In this document: piece after piece, positions 1 to 10,350 of the stretch
Layout of the letters: each line of letters opens with the position of its first letter
Position numbering within the stretch: position 1 is the stretch's first letter
Origin: Zygnema circumcarinatum SAG 698-1b
Taxonomy: Eukaryota; Plantae; Zygnematophyceae
Length of the DNA: 64,000 nt
Reading direction: 5' to 3'
Assembly: GCA_037447605.1 (NCBI GenBank)
Contig: CM074809.1
Span: 1,602,689-1,666,688, forward strand
Program-made: the position numbers and the translations under genes
Notes under the pieces: model-generated
Told to the model about the DNA's origin: nothing
Database searches by the model: none
The model's input: the letters and a program-made list of their open reading frames with translations, nothing else

Positions 1-1031
1 GAGTGGGGGAGCGGGAGCGAAGGAGTGACAGAGAGACATGCCCAAGCGTCAAACCCGCGTTTCTAAGAGCTCGATTTTGTTCTAAGGCTGTTGTTTTGAC
101 AGGGGACACACGCACTGTCTGCAGCGTGTGAGGGTGTGTAGAGAATGTGTGCATGCTTGTCATTGCATACCAATGTCCAAGTCTGACGGAGCAATGCGCC
201 TTTTCTCCTCTGCCGTGACAGAGGCTTCTTGGCATTCAAATGGCGGTGTTCCGACTGATGCTAATTGCGAGATGGACGCCAGCTGAATATGAAGTGCTGT
301 CGAGCGGATTTGAGAGTGCCGAACTGCCGGGCGGGGGGGGGAATGGGGAGGGGGAGGAGGGCGATGCTGAAGACAGCGAGGAGGAATAGCATTCCGCTTG
401 TCCACCCCGAAGACACGCTCCTTATGTGAATTGAAAAATAAATGAAGCACAGCAATTTGTCATCTTGCTCTGCCAATTTTGGAAGCTACTTCTTGCAGGA
501 AATTGCAAGAAGTAGCTGCTTGTTTTTCATGAGCTCGAGCTTCTCTGCCGCCTCTTGTGGGCCATGCTCCGCCTCATTATGTTTGAAAAAGGCAGTATGT
601 GGAACTGGAACTTTGACTGGAAATTTGAAAGTCCAGTCCCTTGCTCTCAAAGCCGGCCTTTCAGCCGCGCGACCCCTTCACAATTCTATGGCGTACTTTT
701 TAACAAGATTGCTGGGCATGTTTTCAGTCTGGCGAGGACGCATCCTGGAGCAATAGCCCGTCTTGAGCGCCTCCTCCAGCCGTCCAAGTGCTTGACAGAC
801 GATTTATGCTCAATGACCATAACACTAGATAGTTTGTTAGAGTATTGGAGAAGCGAATCAGGACAACACGACTTTCTGAACTCAGCATTTCTGTCGATCT
901 AGTTTTCTACTGTCCCCACGTTCAACGATTCTGGGGCTTACCGCCATTTTGAACCTGATTCACATAATGACTAATTGCTAAAAAACGAGCAAGTAGCAAA
1001 AATGGGTAATGAGTAACCAAGGCTTAGTAGC

Positions 1032-2885
1032 CTATGCTGCCTCAAAAATGGCCGCCCACTGCTTCGTGTCCTTCCCGGGCCCCTCCCCCTCCACAGAGTT
1101 GACGCAGTACGCCTGTCCCTCCGTCTCCTTCAGCCCCAGCGCCTGCACGCAGGCCTCCGCCACAAGGACGCGGCTCGCCTCCCCTGTCAAAGCGTCCCCC
1201 TTTGCAACAACGGCCGCCCGCCTCGTTCCTGCTGTCGCCTTTAGCAGAGTGTTCAAGTCATAGGAGGTATAAGGGCCATCCGTGAGCCTTCCCGGACGGA
1301 TTATGGTGTAAGGAATGCCGCAGGCTTCGACCATCTCTTCTGCGAGTTTCTTGCATCGGAGAACCCCAAAGAGGTTGAGAATGCTGTAGGGAAGCTGGTC
1401 ATACCGTGTCACACCCACTGAGGAGACGTAGACAATCCGTTTTACAGAGGACGGGAGCGCCGCCAGGAGGTTTCTGGTCCCATCGACATCTGTGGGTTCC
1501 GGCCCGTTCCCACCTGCCCAGCGGCTGGACGGAAAGGCGGTAGTGCCTGTGCAAATGACGACGCTGGCTACACCTTCTAAAATGTCTCGCAGCCCTTCTT
1601 CTTTTCGGAGGTCTGCTGCCACCAGGTCCAATTGTCCGCCATGGTCGCCGGTGAACAGAGCTCGACCCTTGTCCAAGTTACGGAGAAGAGCTTTCACCGC
1701 ACAGTTGCGTTCCAAGAGGGCTGCCACCACCAACTGGCCGACGCCACCTCCGGCACCCGCTACAAGCACAGGCTGAGGAATGTCAAGTTTTATGGTTTCT
1801 GCTGCTCCAGTTGATGCTTTTATGGCTGTCTGTGACGTTGGTATAGATCTTAATGTCGGAATTAGGATCTCACGGCTTCCATGTATGTGTTTTCGTAGCT
1901 TGTGCGGTTGAGATGGTTTAGGTTGTTGATTGAACAGTTCAGAATGGAACGTCTTCGCCAAAGTTGTGACTTGTCGGGTCCGTGGAACGTTTCCCCTCTG
2001 GACGGCAATAAACTGGCATGCGGCGAAAAACACGATGAAGTTAGAACCAACGATCGATATACAATAGGAGACTGTGTGTCATTAGATGCGCTCGATTATT
2101 TTCTGGTTGCAGCTTCCACAAAGAGCATGTAGTAGGTTTCTTGCATTTCTGATCAAGCTGTTCAACTATGATGCCTAAACCTTTCAAGCATGCGGATTCA
2201 AGCAGATCACAAGTGATCTGTAGTGTCCCGGCACCCAGCAAAACTGCTGCAGTGTTATCAGGTGATGGCTTGCAAGTCAGAACTCAATCAATATTTCGGC
2301 CAGACTTGAGAACAGTAGCTGAGATAAAGCACGTTGAAGGCCATACTTCTATACGCTTGAAATCATGCATATGAATAAGGAGAGTATAAGCAGGTCAATT
2401 GGCAATAAAGACAATGCTTATTTATCACTTGTTGCCACGAACAGTAATGACAGATTTCAAATTTGTAGTAGTCTATCAATGGAGGCTTTAAGGCAGGGGA
2501 TTTTTTTTTAAATACACAAGCTAAGAATGACGTAGGATGGATGAAACAGATAACATCCCCTCTACACAGAAACAGGTCACGTTCTATCTTTCGTACTCCA
2601 AACGCAGATTTCAATAACGTTTATTGGAAAAACATTACTTGTACGATGGAATTGAATTCTCTCAAGCAGCTTCAGCCAATTAATTTAACCAGAACAGAAA
2701 ATAACACATAGTTTAGCATAAACATTAACCTGAACGTCAGTTTGCTGGAAATGTCTGAGTCCGCGTGTCCACTGCTGAGAGCTTCCGTGAGCTGTTGCGT
2801 TAGAGGACTGCAGACGCGCGAGAGGAAAGAGATCAGCCATGGCCACCCCTGTGGAGATCATCTGCTGGGCGAGGATGGGCCCCAT
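1032..2885 (-). CDS. NAD(P)-binding Rossmann-fold protein (atypical SDR, At4g31530-like), probably plastid-targeted
   Basis: ORF 1032-2033 has VLVAGAGGGVGQLVV, CTGTTAFPSSRW, SSVGVTR and IIRPGRLTDGPYTSYDLNTLLKATAG, as in the plant/cyanobacterial family. The ORF-track start at 2033 is GTG, so I infer an upstream exon 2885-2730 (ATG...CAG|GTTAAT) spliced in phase to CAG|TTT at 2012. The first exon is tentative. Confidence 0.85.
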
Positions 2886-3898
2886 GGCCGACCGGCAAGC
2901 AGCAAGCTCGAGGGAGTGAGGCAGGAGGCAGCCATGGCGGCCCTCAGGGCCCGCGCCACGTGGCCTCCATATCCGCACGGCAGCTGCCACGCTGGCGTGA
3001 AACCTGTACCGTATTGAGATATACGATATTTAGATAATATCGACTTCCTGAGTCTCGACATTGCTAGGGTCCGTGATGGAGGCGCACCAAAAACTTCCCG
3101 CGGCACTCCTCACATCTGACTCAGCCACTCACAGGACGCCACGTGGTTTCCTCCGACGTGGCCAGCCCCACAATGGACCTTACAATTTCGTATTGTCTGG
3201 CTGAAACGGCGGCAGAATTTGTCACAGAGGACGGACGAGGACGGTTCGGCGAAACCCCAATTGTACCCGACGGCCTAATTTTAAGGCTAATTTTGAAAAT
3301 TCGTACATCAACGCAGGAGCTCCAAGCTCATTTCAAAATGTTCATTGCTATTTTCACAAAAGGCCCATGAAGGGCGAGTGAACGGATAGTTCGATGCTAT
3401 TTAAGAAACAAAAAATAAGAACATTTTGTTGGCATCCCAATTCATTCATAGGATGGATCCACATCACAATCTTGGTCACCATGCGCCGTGTTAGTCGACC
3501 ATTTTATGAATGTTGTTGACCAAGTCGCAAAGTAAACTTGAAATTTGTGCACCTTTCACGTTCATTTGACAGACATAAGTCATAAGCCATAATGTCAGAA
3601 ATAAACTCTACGTATGAGAACCCCTGCACCGCAAGTCTAATTTGAAGTTGACGTTGTCACCCAACCAGATCATGCCAGATATCTTTTTTTTTTTTTTTGA
3701 AATTAAAGTTGAAGTAATGAATCTGGTGGAGAACCATCCAGAAAACAATGTACACTTCTCCCGCGCCCTTAAACCAAATGAAAATTTACAGAACCAAAAC
3801 CTTATAGCCCGCTCCTACGTACTATGTACAAAGCAAAAGAGAGGACAATCAAGAATCGTAACCGACCAAGCCGCCCTGCAAGCCCGTGGCCCTGCCCC

Positions 3899-5441
3899 TT
3901 ACGCCATGGTTTTGAATACGACGCACTGCCGCGCAGGCTCGAAGAGCTGCTCTTCATCCGGCGGCACATTGTATGCGCCGCCGGCTCCATATGGGATTCT
4001 TAACGCCGCAATGGGCAGCATGACGCAGCGGCCGAGGAAGAAGGGCAGACCAGGCGCGGCTTGGAATGTGCGCGCGTGCAGAACCGCATCTTCACCGTTA
4101 AGGAAGAACTGCTCCCCCGCACCCGCGCTCGGCGCAGGACACTCTCTGAAGAGGGCTGATCCCGAGCTGTCTACCTCTACCGCGAGCTCTGACCCCGTCT
4201 TATTTGTGCGGAGACCGGGGCTCAGGCGGCTCTGGTTGGGAGTTGAAAGGCTGAAAGTAGGTACTTCCGTGGCATAGCCTTCAAAGTAGAAGTCGCAAAG
4301 CTCGAGCGGAGTGGTTGGGCACGAGGTCATGCAGGGGGGAGGAGGGGGTGGAGGGGAAGGTGGAGGAGGGGGAGAGGGAGGTGGGAAAGGAGGAGGAGAG
4401 GGAGGGGGTGACGGAGGAGGAGAAGGAGGGGGGGAGGGAGGGGGCGAGGGAGGAGGTGAGGGAGGGGGTGAGGGAGGGGGCGAGGGAGGAGGCGAGGGAG
4501 GAGGTGAAGGAGGTGGCGAGGGAGGAGGTGAAGGAGGGGGCGAGGGAGGGGGAGAGTGTGGCGGAGGAGGTGAGGGAGGCGGCGATGGATCTGTCAAGTT
4601 GCAGGCGGCACCAGTCACTCCTTGAGGGCCGGTAGTGAACACGAGGCAGCGACGAGAGTCAGGGTACTGTTGCTGATTGTTGTCCCCCCAATTGAGGTTG
4701 ATGGGAGCGCCGTCGACTGTGACTCGTAAAGCCGTAAGGGGGATCACCATGCACGCATTCTCAAAGTGGACCTTTGATGGCTGCATGTGCCAATAACGAG
4801 GTCATGTATCATGTCATAATCTTCACCAAATCAACGTTTCTTCCCTCTTAGAAAGCCCAACGTATTAAAATACAATACCACTAGCATGAAGTCAGCAATA
4901 TTGCAGGGTGGCGCTTCATTCTCACCGTGTTGAAAGTGCGGAATTTGAGGTGCGCCTGCTCTTCGTTGACATAAAACTGGTTCCCCGCACTCGTCCCTAC
5001 CCTCCCCATGCAGAGGAAGGCGGCGTTGCCGGAACTGTCCACCTCAATGCTCTCTCCGTTTGTGGAATCCATCACGGGGGGGCCAACCGCCGTGTCAGGT
5101 TGCCCCTCCAGGCTGAATGGAACAGCTCATACGCATCATCAGGATGACGAATGTAAACCATACAAGAATGATACTTTTCTTTTGAGCTTGATTGGATTAT
5201 GTCTACCTCGCTGCTTTCCGCAGCATGGCCTGGACACCTACCTGATAACAGGAATCGACGTCTCGTAACCATCGAAGAAGAAATCGCAGTACTCCACGGG
5301 GCTGCTCGGACACTCTGTGAAGGCAGGCGTGAAGGAAGCTAAGAGGTTCCTCAATTGGCGGCCATCCGCTACGTGGACAGCAGCAAGGGAAAAGGCTACC
5401 ACGAGAACATTGACTAAGAAGTTCTCCCTAGAGATCCCCAT
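3899..5441 (-). CDS. Secreted dumbbell proline-rich glycoprotein: signal peptide, Cys-rich domain A, (PPPS)n rod, homologous domain B (~422 aa)
   Basis: Exons 5441-5242, 5112-4926 and 4780-3899, all GT-AG and in phase. Hydrophobic N-terminus MGISRENFLVNVLVVAFSLAAVHVADG. A ~75-aa SPPP repeat is encoded at ~4325-4590. TATA-like TATATAAA on the minus strand at ~5527-5534. Confidence 0.85.
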
Positions 5442-6749
5442 CGCCTCTGTGTTGCTGCTTGAAGAGGCGAGCCGTGCAGGAGGAGGCGGAGGTGGGCGCG
5501 CTGCCTGTCCACAGCAGCACAGACCCTTTATATACGGTAAGAAACGATACTCCCCGCCGGGCCGCGTGCCACCGCCGCCGCCTTCCGTTATGCCGCGTTG
5601 GGGCGTCAACCGTCGTTGACCGCGTTGACTGGCGGCGCCGTACGGCGGCGAGTGGCGACGGGGCGGAAGCCGCGGCGAAGGGGGGCGGTCCGATTGGATC
5701 GTACGGCCGCATGTCCTTGCATGGTCAATCTTGTTGCGTACTGGAATCTGAGGCCGCGTTAGGAAGGGGTCGCTCAAATGGCCATAGGTCGAGGGGGACC
5801 GGCGCGACGTGGTCCTACATTTTGTCATTGTCCGTACATGGCCCCGTTCATTGTGCGATGCCAATGCCAAGTCTTCCTTTTCTCGTCTCTTCTTGCGTCG
5901 TCTCAATCTCTCCTCTTCGGCCTTGAAAAAACTTGAAAAGAGAAATAGGGAAATGTGAGGAAGTGTGTTCTGAGAGCAGTACTTGGTGGCTTGAACAGTG
6001 CTGTAGGACCTGTCGCGGTCAGCTTCCGCGGCCGAGGGTGTCAGCGTCAGCGACCGGCTAGCGGTGATACGGCACCGAGGTTATTAAAAAGACGAGTCAA
6101 TTGCTAAAATGGCCTTGTTAGACCCTTAAAAACGAGTCAATTGCTAAAATGGCCTTGTTAGACCCTTAAAAAACTTAAAATCGACGACTCTCCTTATTGA
6201 TTGCTCTCTCTTTCTCTCACATTATTTTCATTCTCCATCTCTCTCTTTTTCTCGCTCGCTTGCTCTCCCTCTCTCACATTATCTACCTTCGTCATTCTCT
6301 TCTTGGTTGCCCGCCTTATGAAATTGAATAAGCTCGCATGTGAGAGTTGCAAGAGGAGGCGAAGCGACGGGATAGGGAAATGGACGCAAGGAGCTGAAGG
6401 TCGATAGCGGCCGCACGGCGGTGACGATAATGAAAACTAAAATTTTAGGGTTTTGATGTTTTCAGGGTCTAGCAGGTTAGGGGTTTCGGGGAGTATGGGT
6501 AGCGGAGGGCTTAGACTCGTTAGAGTTTAAGGTTTCGGGGATTTAGTGTTTTAGGGATTTGGGGGCTCAAATTAGAAGTTTATGGTTGCAGGGGTTACAG
6601 GTTTGAGGGGTTTATGTGGGTTCAAGCTTTAGGGGTTTTGGGTATTCATGATTCAAGGCGTTAGGGTTTTTGAGTTTAGCCATTACAAAGTTCACGGTTG
6701 AGGAGGGGTTCAGGGCCTCAGGGCTAGCGATTGCACGGAATGAGCGCAC

Positions 6750-7284
6750 GGTCGGTCCCCGCAGCCAACGGGCTCGCCACGTCAGCAGGCTGCCCGGGCA
6801 GCCACTTGGGCGGAGAGTGCTCCGGTTGGGCAAATTGCCACGTGGCGGCTCGTGGGAGATCCACCTCATAAGTGAGCGAGCCACGTCATACATGAGCCAC
6901 GTGTGGCCACGCCCAGCTGCGGGCGGCCAAAATTCCGGCGCGCACGCGTCTGTGCCGTCGGATGAGCCGTGGGCGGAAATGGGACGCTCTCCACCGTCGG
7001 ATGCGCCGCTGGGGCCCAAGGGAGGAACTCCGCCCGCCCTCGCCGCGGAAGTCAAGGGCGAGGCGCTCCGCCTTTAACGGGCCGTCAGCCCGTGGAAAGC
7101 CGCCACGTGCTTCCTAAAAAAGTGGAGCAACAGTCCGATAGGGACGGAGGGGGCCGTTCGCCGCTTGAACGCTCCGCCGCCTCGCCTGCGGGCTGCCTGC
7201 CTGCGCCCAGAAGGGGCAGGCCATGGCGGGAAGGGAGGGAGAGTGGCCACGGCTGCTGTTGCGACACTCGGAATGCCCCCCACC
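6750..7284 (+). promoter_or_regulatory. ACGT/G-box (ABRE-like)-rich promoter, homologous to 20285-20765 upstream of the second GDSL copy
   Basis: GCCACGTCAG, CCACGTGGC, CCACGTGTGGC and CCACGTG occur in a GC-rich block that aligns collinearly with the region upstream of copy 2. Confidence 0.6.
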
Positions 7285-10200
7285 ATGGCGAGGTCTCTGC
7301 TCCTCCTGCTGGGTGTCGCCATGGCGCTGCTGCACGCGCTCCCTGCAGGCGCTGTCCGCAGGAGCTTTGCGCTGCGGGGGAGGCGTCTCGCCGAAGTGGC
7401 CGCGACGTGCCCGCAGGCCGCGCTGGACTTGTGCAGCTTCTACTTCGAATGCCACGAGGAGGCGCCTCCCGTGATCGATCTGGACGGCGCGCCGGACCAA
7501 GCGGTGGGGCCCGCCTTGATGGCGAAGGACGCGAGCACGGGGAAGGGCGTGCCGGCGGTGGTGGCCAGCACGGGCGAGGCGACGTCTCTATGCGGCAGCG
7601 CAGTCAGCCTCGGCGACCAGTTCTACATAACGGGACAGCCCTCACACGTGCACGTCCGCGCCTTCAACAAGGTAACTCCTCCTCGTCCACTTCCTCCTTC
7701 CCTTCTTTCTCCTCCTCCTCCGCCGCCTTCTCAGTTCTTCCATTCTTCACACCTCCTAGTTCCTGAGACCCCTCCTCTATTTCACTGAATATTTGTTTCC
7801 ATGGCGGACGGCTTGCGAAGTGCAGCCCCCGAAGTCTGCCTTCGAGAGCAAGTGCGTGCTCCTTCCCCTCAGAGGAGTGCGCGCAGGCGGGCTCAACCTG
7901 AACCCTGGCGACGCCAACCAGGCGGCCTTCCCCGAGGCGCGCCGCTGCGTCGTCTTCTCCACCGGTCCCTCGCCCGCCTGCGGACAGCTCTCGCCCTCCG
8001 CACCTTCCCCTCTCCTTTCCCCTCCCGCTCCTCTCCCTCCTCCTCCGCAGCCTCGCCTTGCCCCCTCTCCCACCTCGTTTCCCGTTCCCACACCCTCCAT
8101 CCCTCGCACAAACCTCCCCACTCCCGCTCGTGCGCCCTGCGACACTCCCTCGTCGAGCCCGTTCTCCGCGATGTTTGCATTTGGGGACAGTACGCTTGAC
8201 ATAGGAAACAACAACGATATAGTCGGCAGTCCGTTAAAAGCGAACTTCCTGCCATACGGCATTGACTACATTCCCGCCAGCGGCCGCGTCACCAACGGAA
8301 AGGGCTTCGTAGACCTGCTTGGTGCGCGCAACAAATGATTTTTTATGTTCTATTGGCTTTCGTGCTTGATTGCTTTACTTTTGTTGTTCTTTGCCTGACT
8401 CTCTGTTGTGCGTGCCTGCCTTTGCGGCTGCCCCTGCTCCACTTTTGGAGTTGCTGAAAACTCGCCTTGTTTCCTTGCTCTGTGGCGTCTTTATAACAGT
8501 GGAGCTCTTAGGACTCCCTCCCGTGCCCAAATACGAAGATGCGAATGCGAATTCTTCATCGGACTACTTTTCTGCCGGGATCAATTTTGCCTCAGTGGGG
8601 TCAGGGGTACTCTCCACGACAAACTGCATGGCGGTAAGCTGGGGTCCATCCCCCCATTTCCGCCACACCCCCCTTTTGTTCTGATTGGCTGTCACACATG
8701 CAATAGTTAAGTATATTGTTTGGGTGGTTGATTCTATTTGGATAGCCGTCTTTCCGCGTGCAGGATACAATTTGCTTTTCACTCAGTTTCCAAGTTATCC
8801 AGTTTCTGGCTGCGAGTATGAGCTATACTGCAGAGGTGAGTATCTGTTGCAGTCCCATGTCAGAGCATAGGTCATTCATACTTCACTCTTACCACCTTTT
8901 AAACTGCATTGGCATTCTCTTCATGACTCGTCCCTGGCATGACTCCCTTGTTAATCGAGATGTATAATGCCGCACGGCATAAGAAAGTCATTATCATCTG
9001 GAATTCGCTCTCATCCAATGCAACGCCTTTGGGTGCACGGTTTGGGAGAGTTCAGGAGAAGGCTTCGAGTCTGTTCATCCTTTCAACGGGAGGAAACGAC
9101 TACTTTCCCTATTTCAGAAATTCGTCAGCATACAACATTACGGAATACGTTGGGAGTGTGATTAATGGGTTTGCTGAGACATTCCAGGTTAGTTTAAGCA
9201 TAGTGTGGCACATGAAGACTCAGGAAATGAGATATGGCCGGCCAATGGTATTCTGTGTCTGTCCTCTGACTCAATAATTCTTCGGATAGAGAGGAGTAAA
9301 CGTTGCCGTTCGGCATTTAGAGCACGACCTTAGTGATGCTTCGATCATGCAAAGGGTTCTTTCACCATGAAATCTGCAATCTCAGCCCTAAATGAACCAT
9401 CTCATGCAATCTTTGGAGCGAACCAAACCAGACCAGTCATCAGACCGTTTGATGAACTGCATAAGGCACATAACTCTCTCGTATTTAAGTCTCCACAGTT
9501 CTGTTGTATCAGCAGAGTGCTGGCAACTTACTATCATTCGAGTAGAGCCTCCTCCGCATCCACGTGACGCAGACAGTGTTCAACATTTGACATTTTCTAC
9601 AACGAATCTTTTGCTTCTGCTTGCTTTCCTCTCCGTTTTTACAGACCCTGTATGCCGCGGGTGCCCGAAAGTTCATTGTCTTTGAGCTGCCCGACCTCGG
9701 ATGCACGCCTGCTTTGCTCGCCACTGCCAATGCGTCGGAGTCGAACCCTCACTGCCTCACCTTCACCACTCCCCTCGTCACAGCACACAATGCAGCCCTG
9801 GAAAGCCTCCTCATCGGACTCCGACAACTGCTTCCCGGAGCATACTTCACACGATTCCGTGCCCAAGAATACATCCACAACATTACCTCAAATCCAGGCA
9901 GCTTCGGTAAGTGCCACGAATCATGCATGTGGAATGTGAAATTATTCAATTTTTTTCTTAATTTGGCTTCTCGTCCCTCTCCAATTCAGGTCTTCGAGCA
10001 GGCCCCCCCTGCCATCACAAAGCCATAGAGATCCCTAATCTGCCCCCTTGAATCCGCCACGTACAGATAAATAGTCACGATGTGTTGCCTGCCTGGTGGT
10101 GCCTCCCATTGCCTGCATGCATGCAGGCCTCTCCAACGGATTTGATGCGTGCTGTGGAGGCGGACTCTTTGGCGGCGAGATTAACTGCGGCCTCCCTTCA

Positions 10201-10350
10201 GCGAGTGTGTGCGCGGACCGCGCCGAGTACGTGTGGTGGGACTCTCTGCACTTGACGCAGGTCGTCATAGAGGACATCGCAAGGCGGGCGGTGGAGGGCG
10301 ATGGCGAATACGTGCAGCCCTATAGCCTCACCACCTTGGCGCTTCTTTAG
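7285..10350 (+). CDS. Secreted GDSL/SGNH esterase-lipase with an N-terminal unassigned Cys-rich domain and proline-rich linker (~568 aa)
   Basis: Exons 7285-7671, 7826-8321, 8500-8633, 8764-8835, ~9056-9187, 9645-9906 and 10127-10350. Signal peptide MARSLLLLLGVAMALLHALPAGA. GDSL blocks FAFGDSTLDIGNN, PYGID, GRVTNGK, GINFASVGSG, GGNDY, LYAAGARKF and WWDSLHLT (catalytic S and DxxH intact). Confidence 0.92.

Noticed and set aside
4311-4635. G/E-rich ORFs on the + strand (GGGEGGGE..., EEEREG...)
   Set aside because: Antisense shadows of the (PPPS)n coding repeat.
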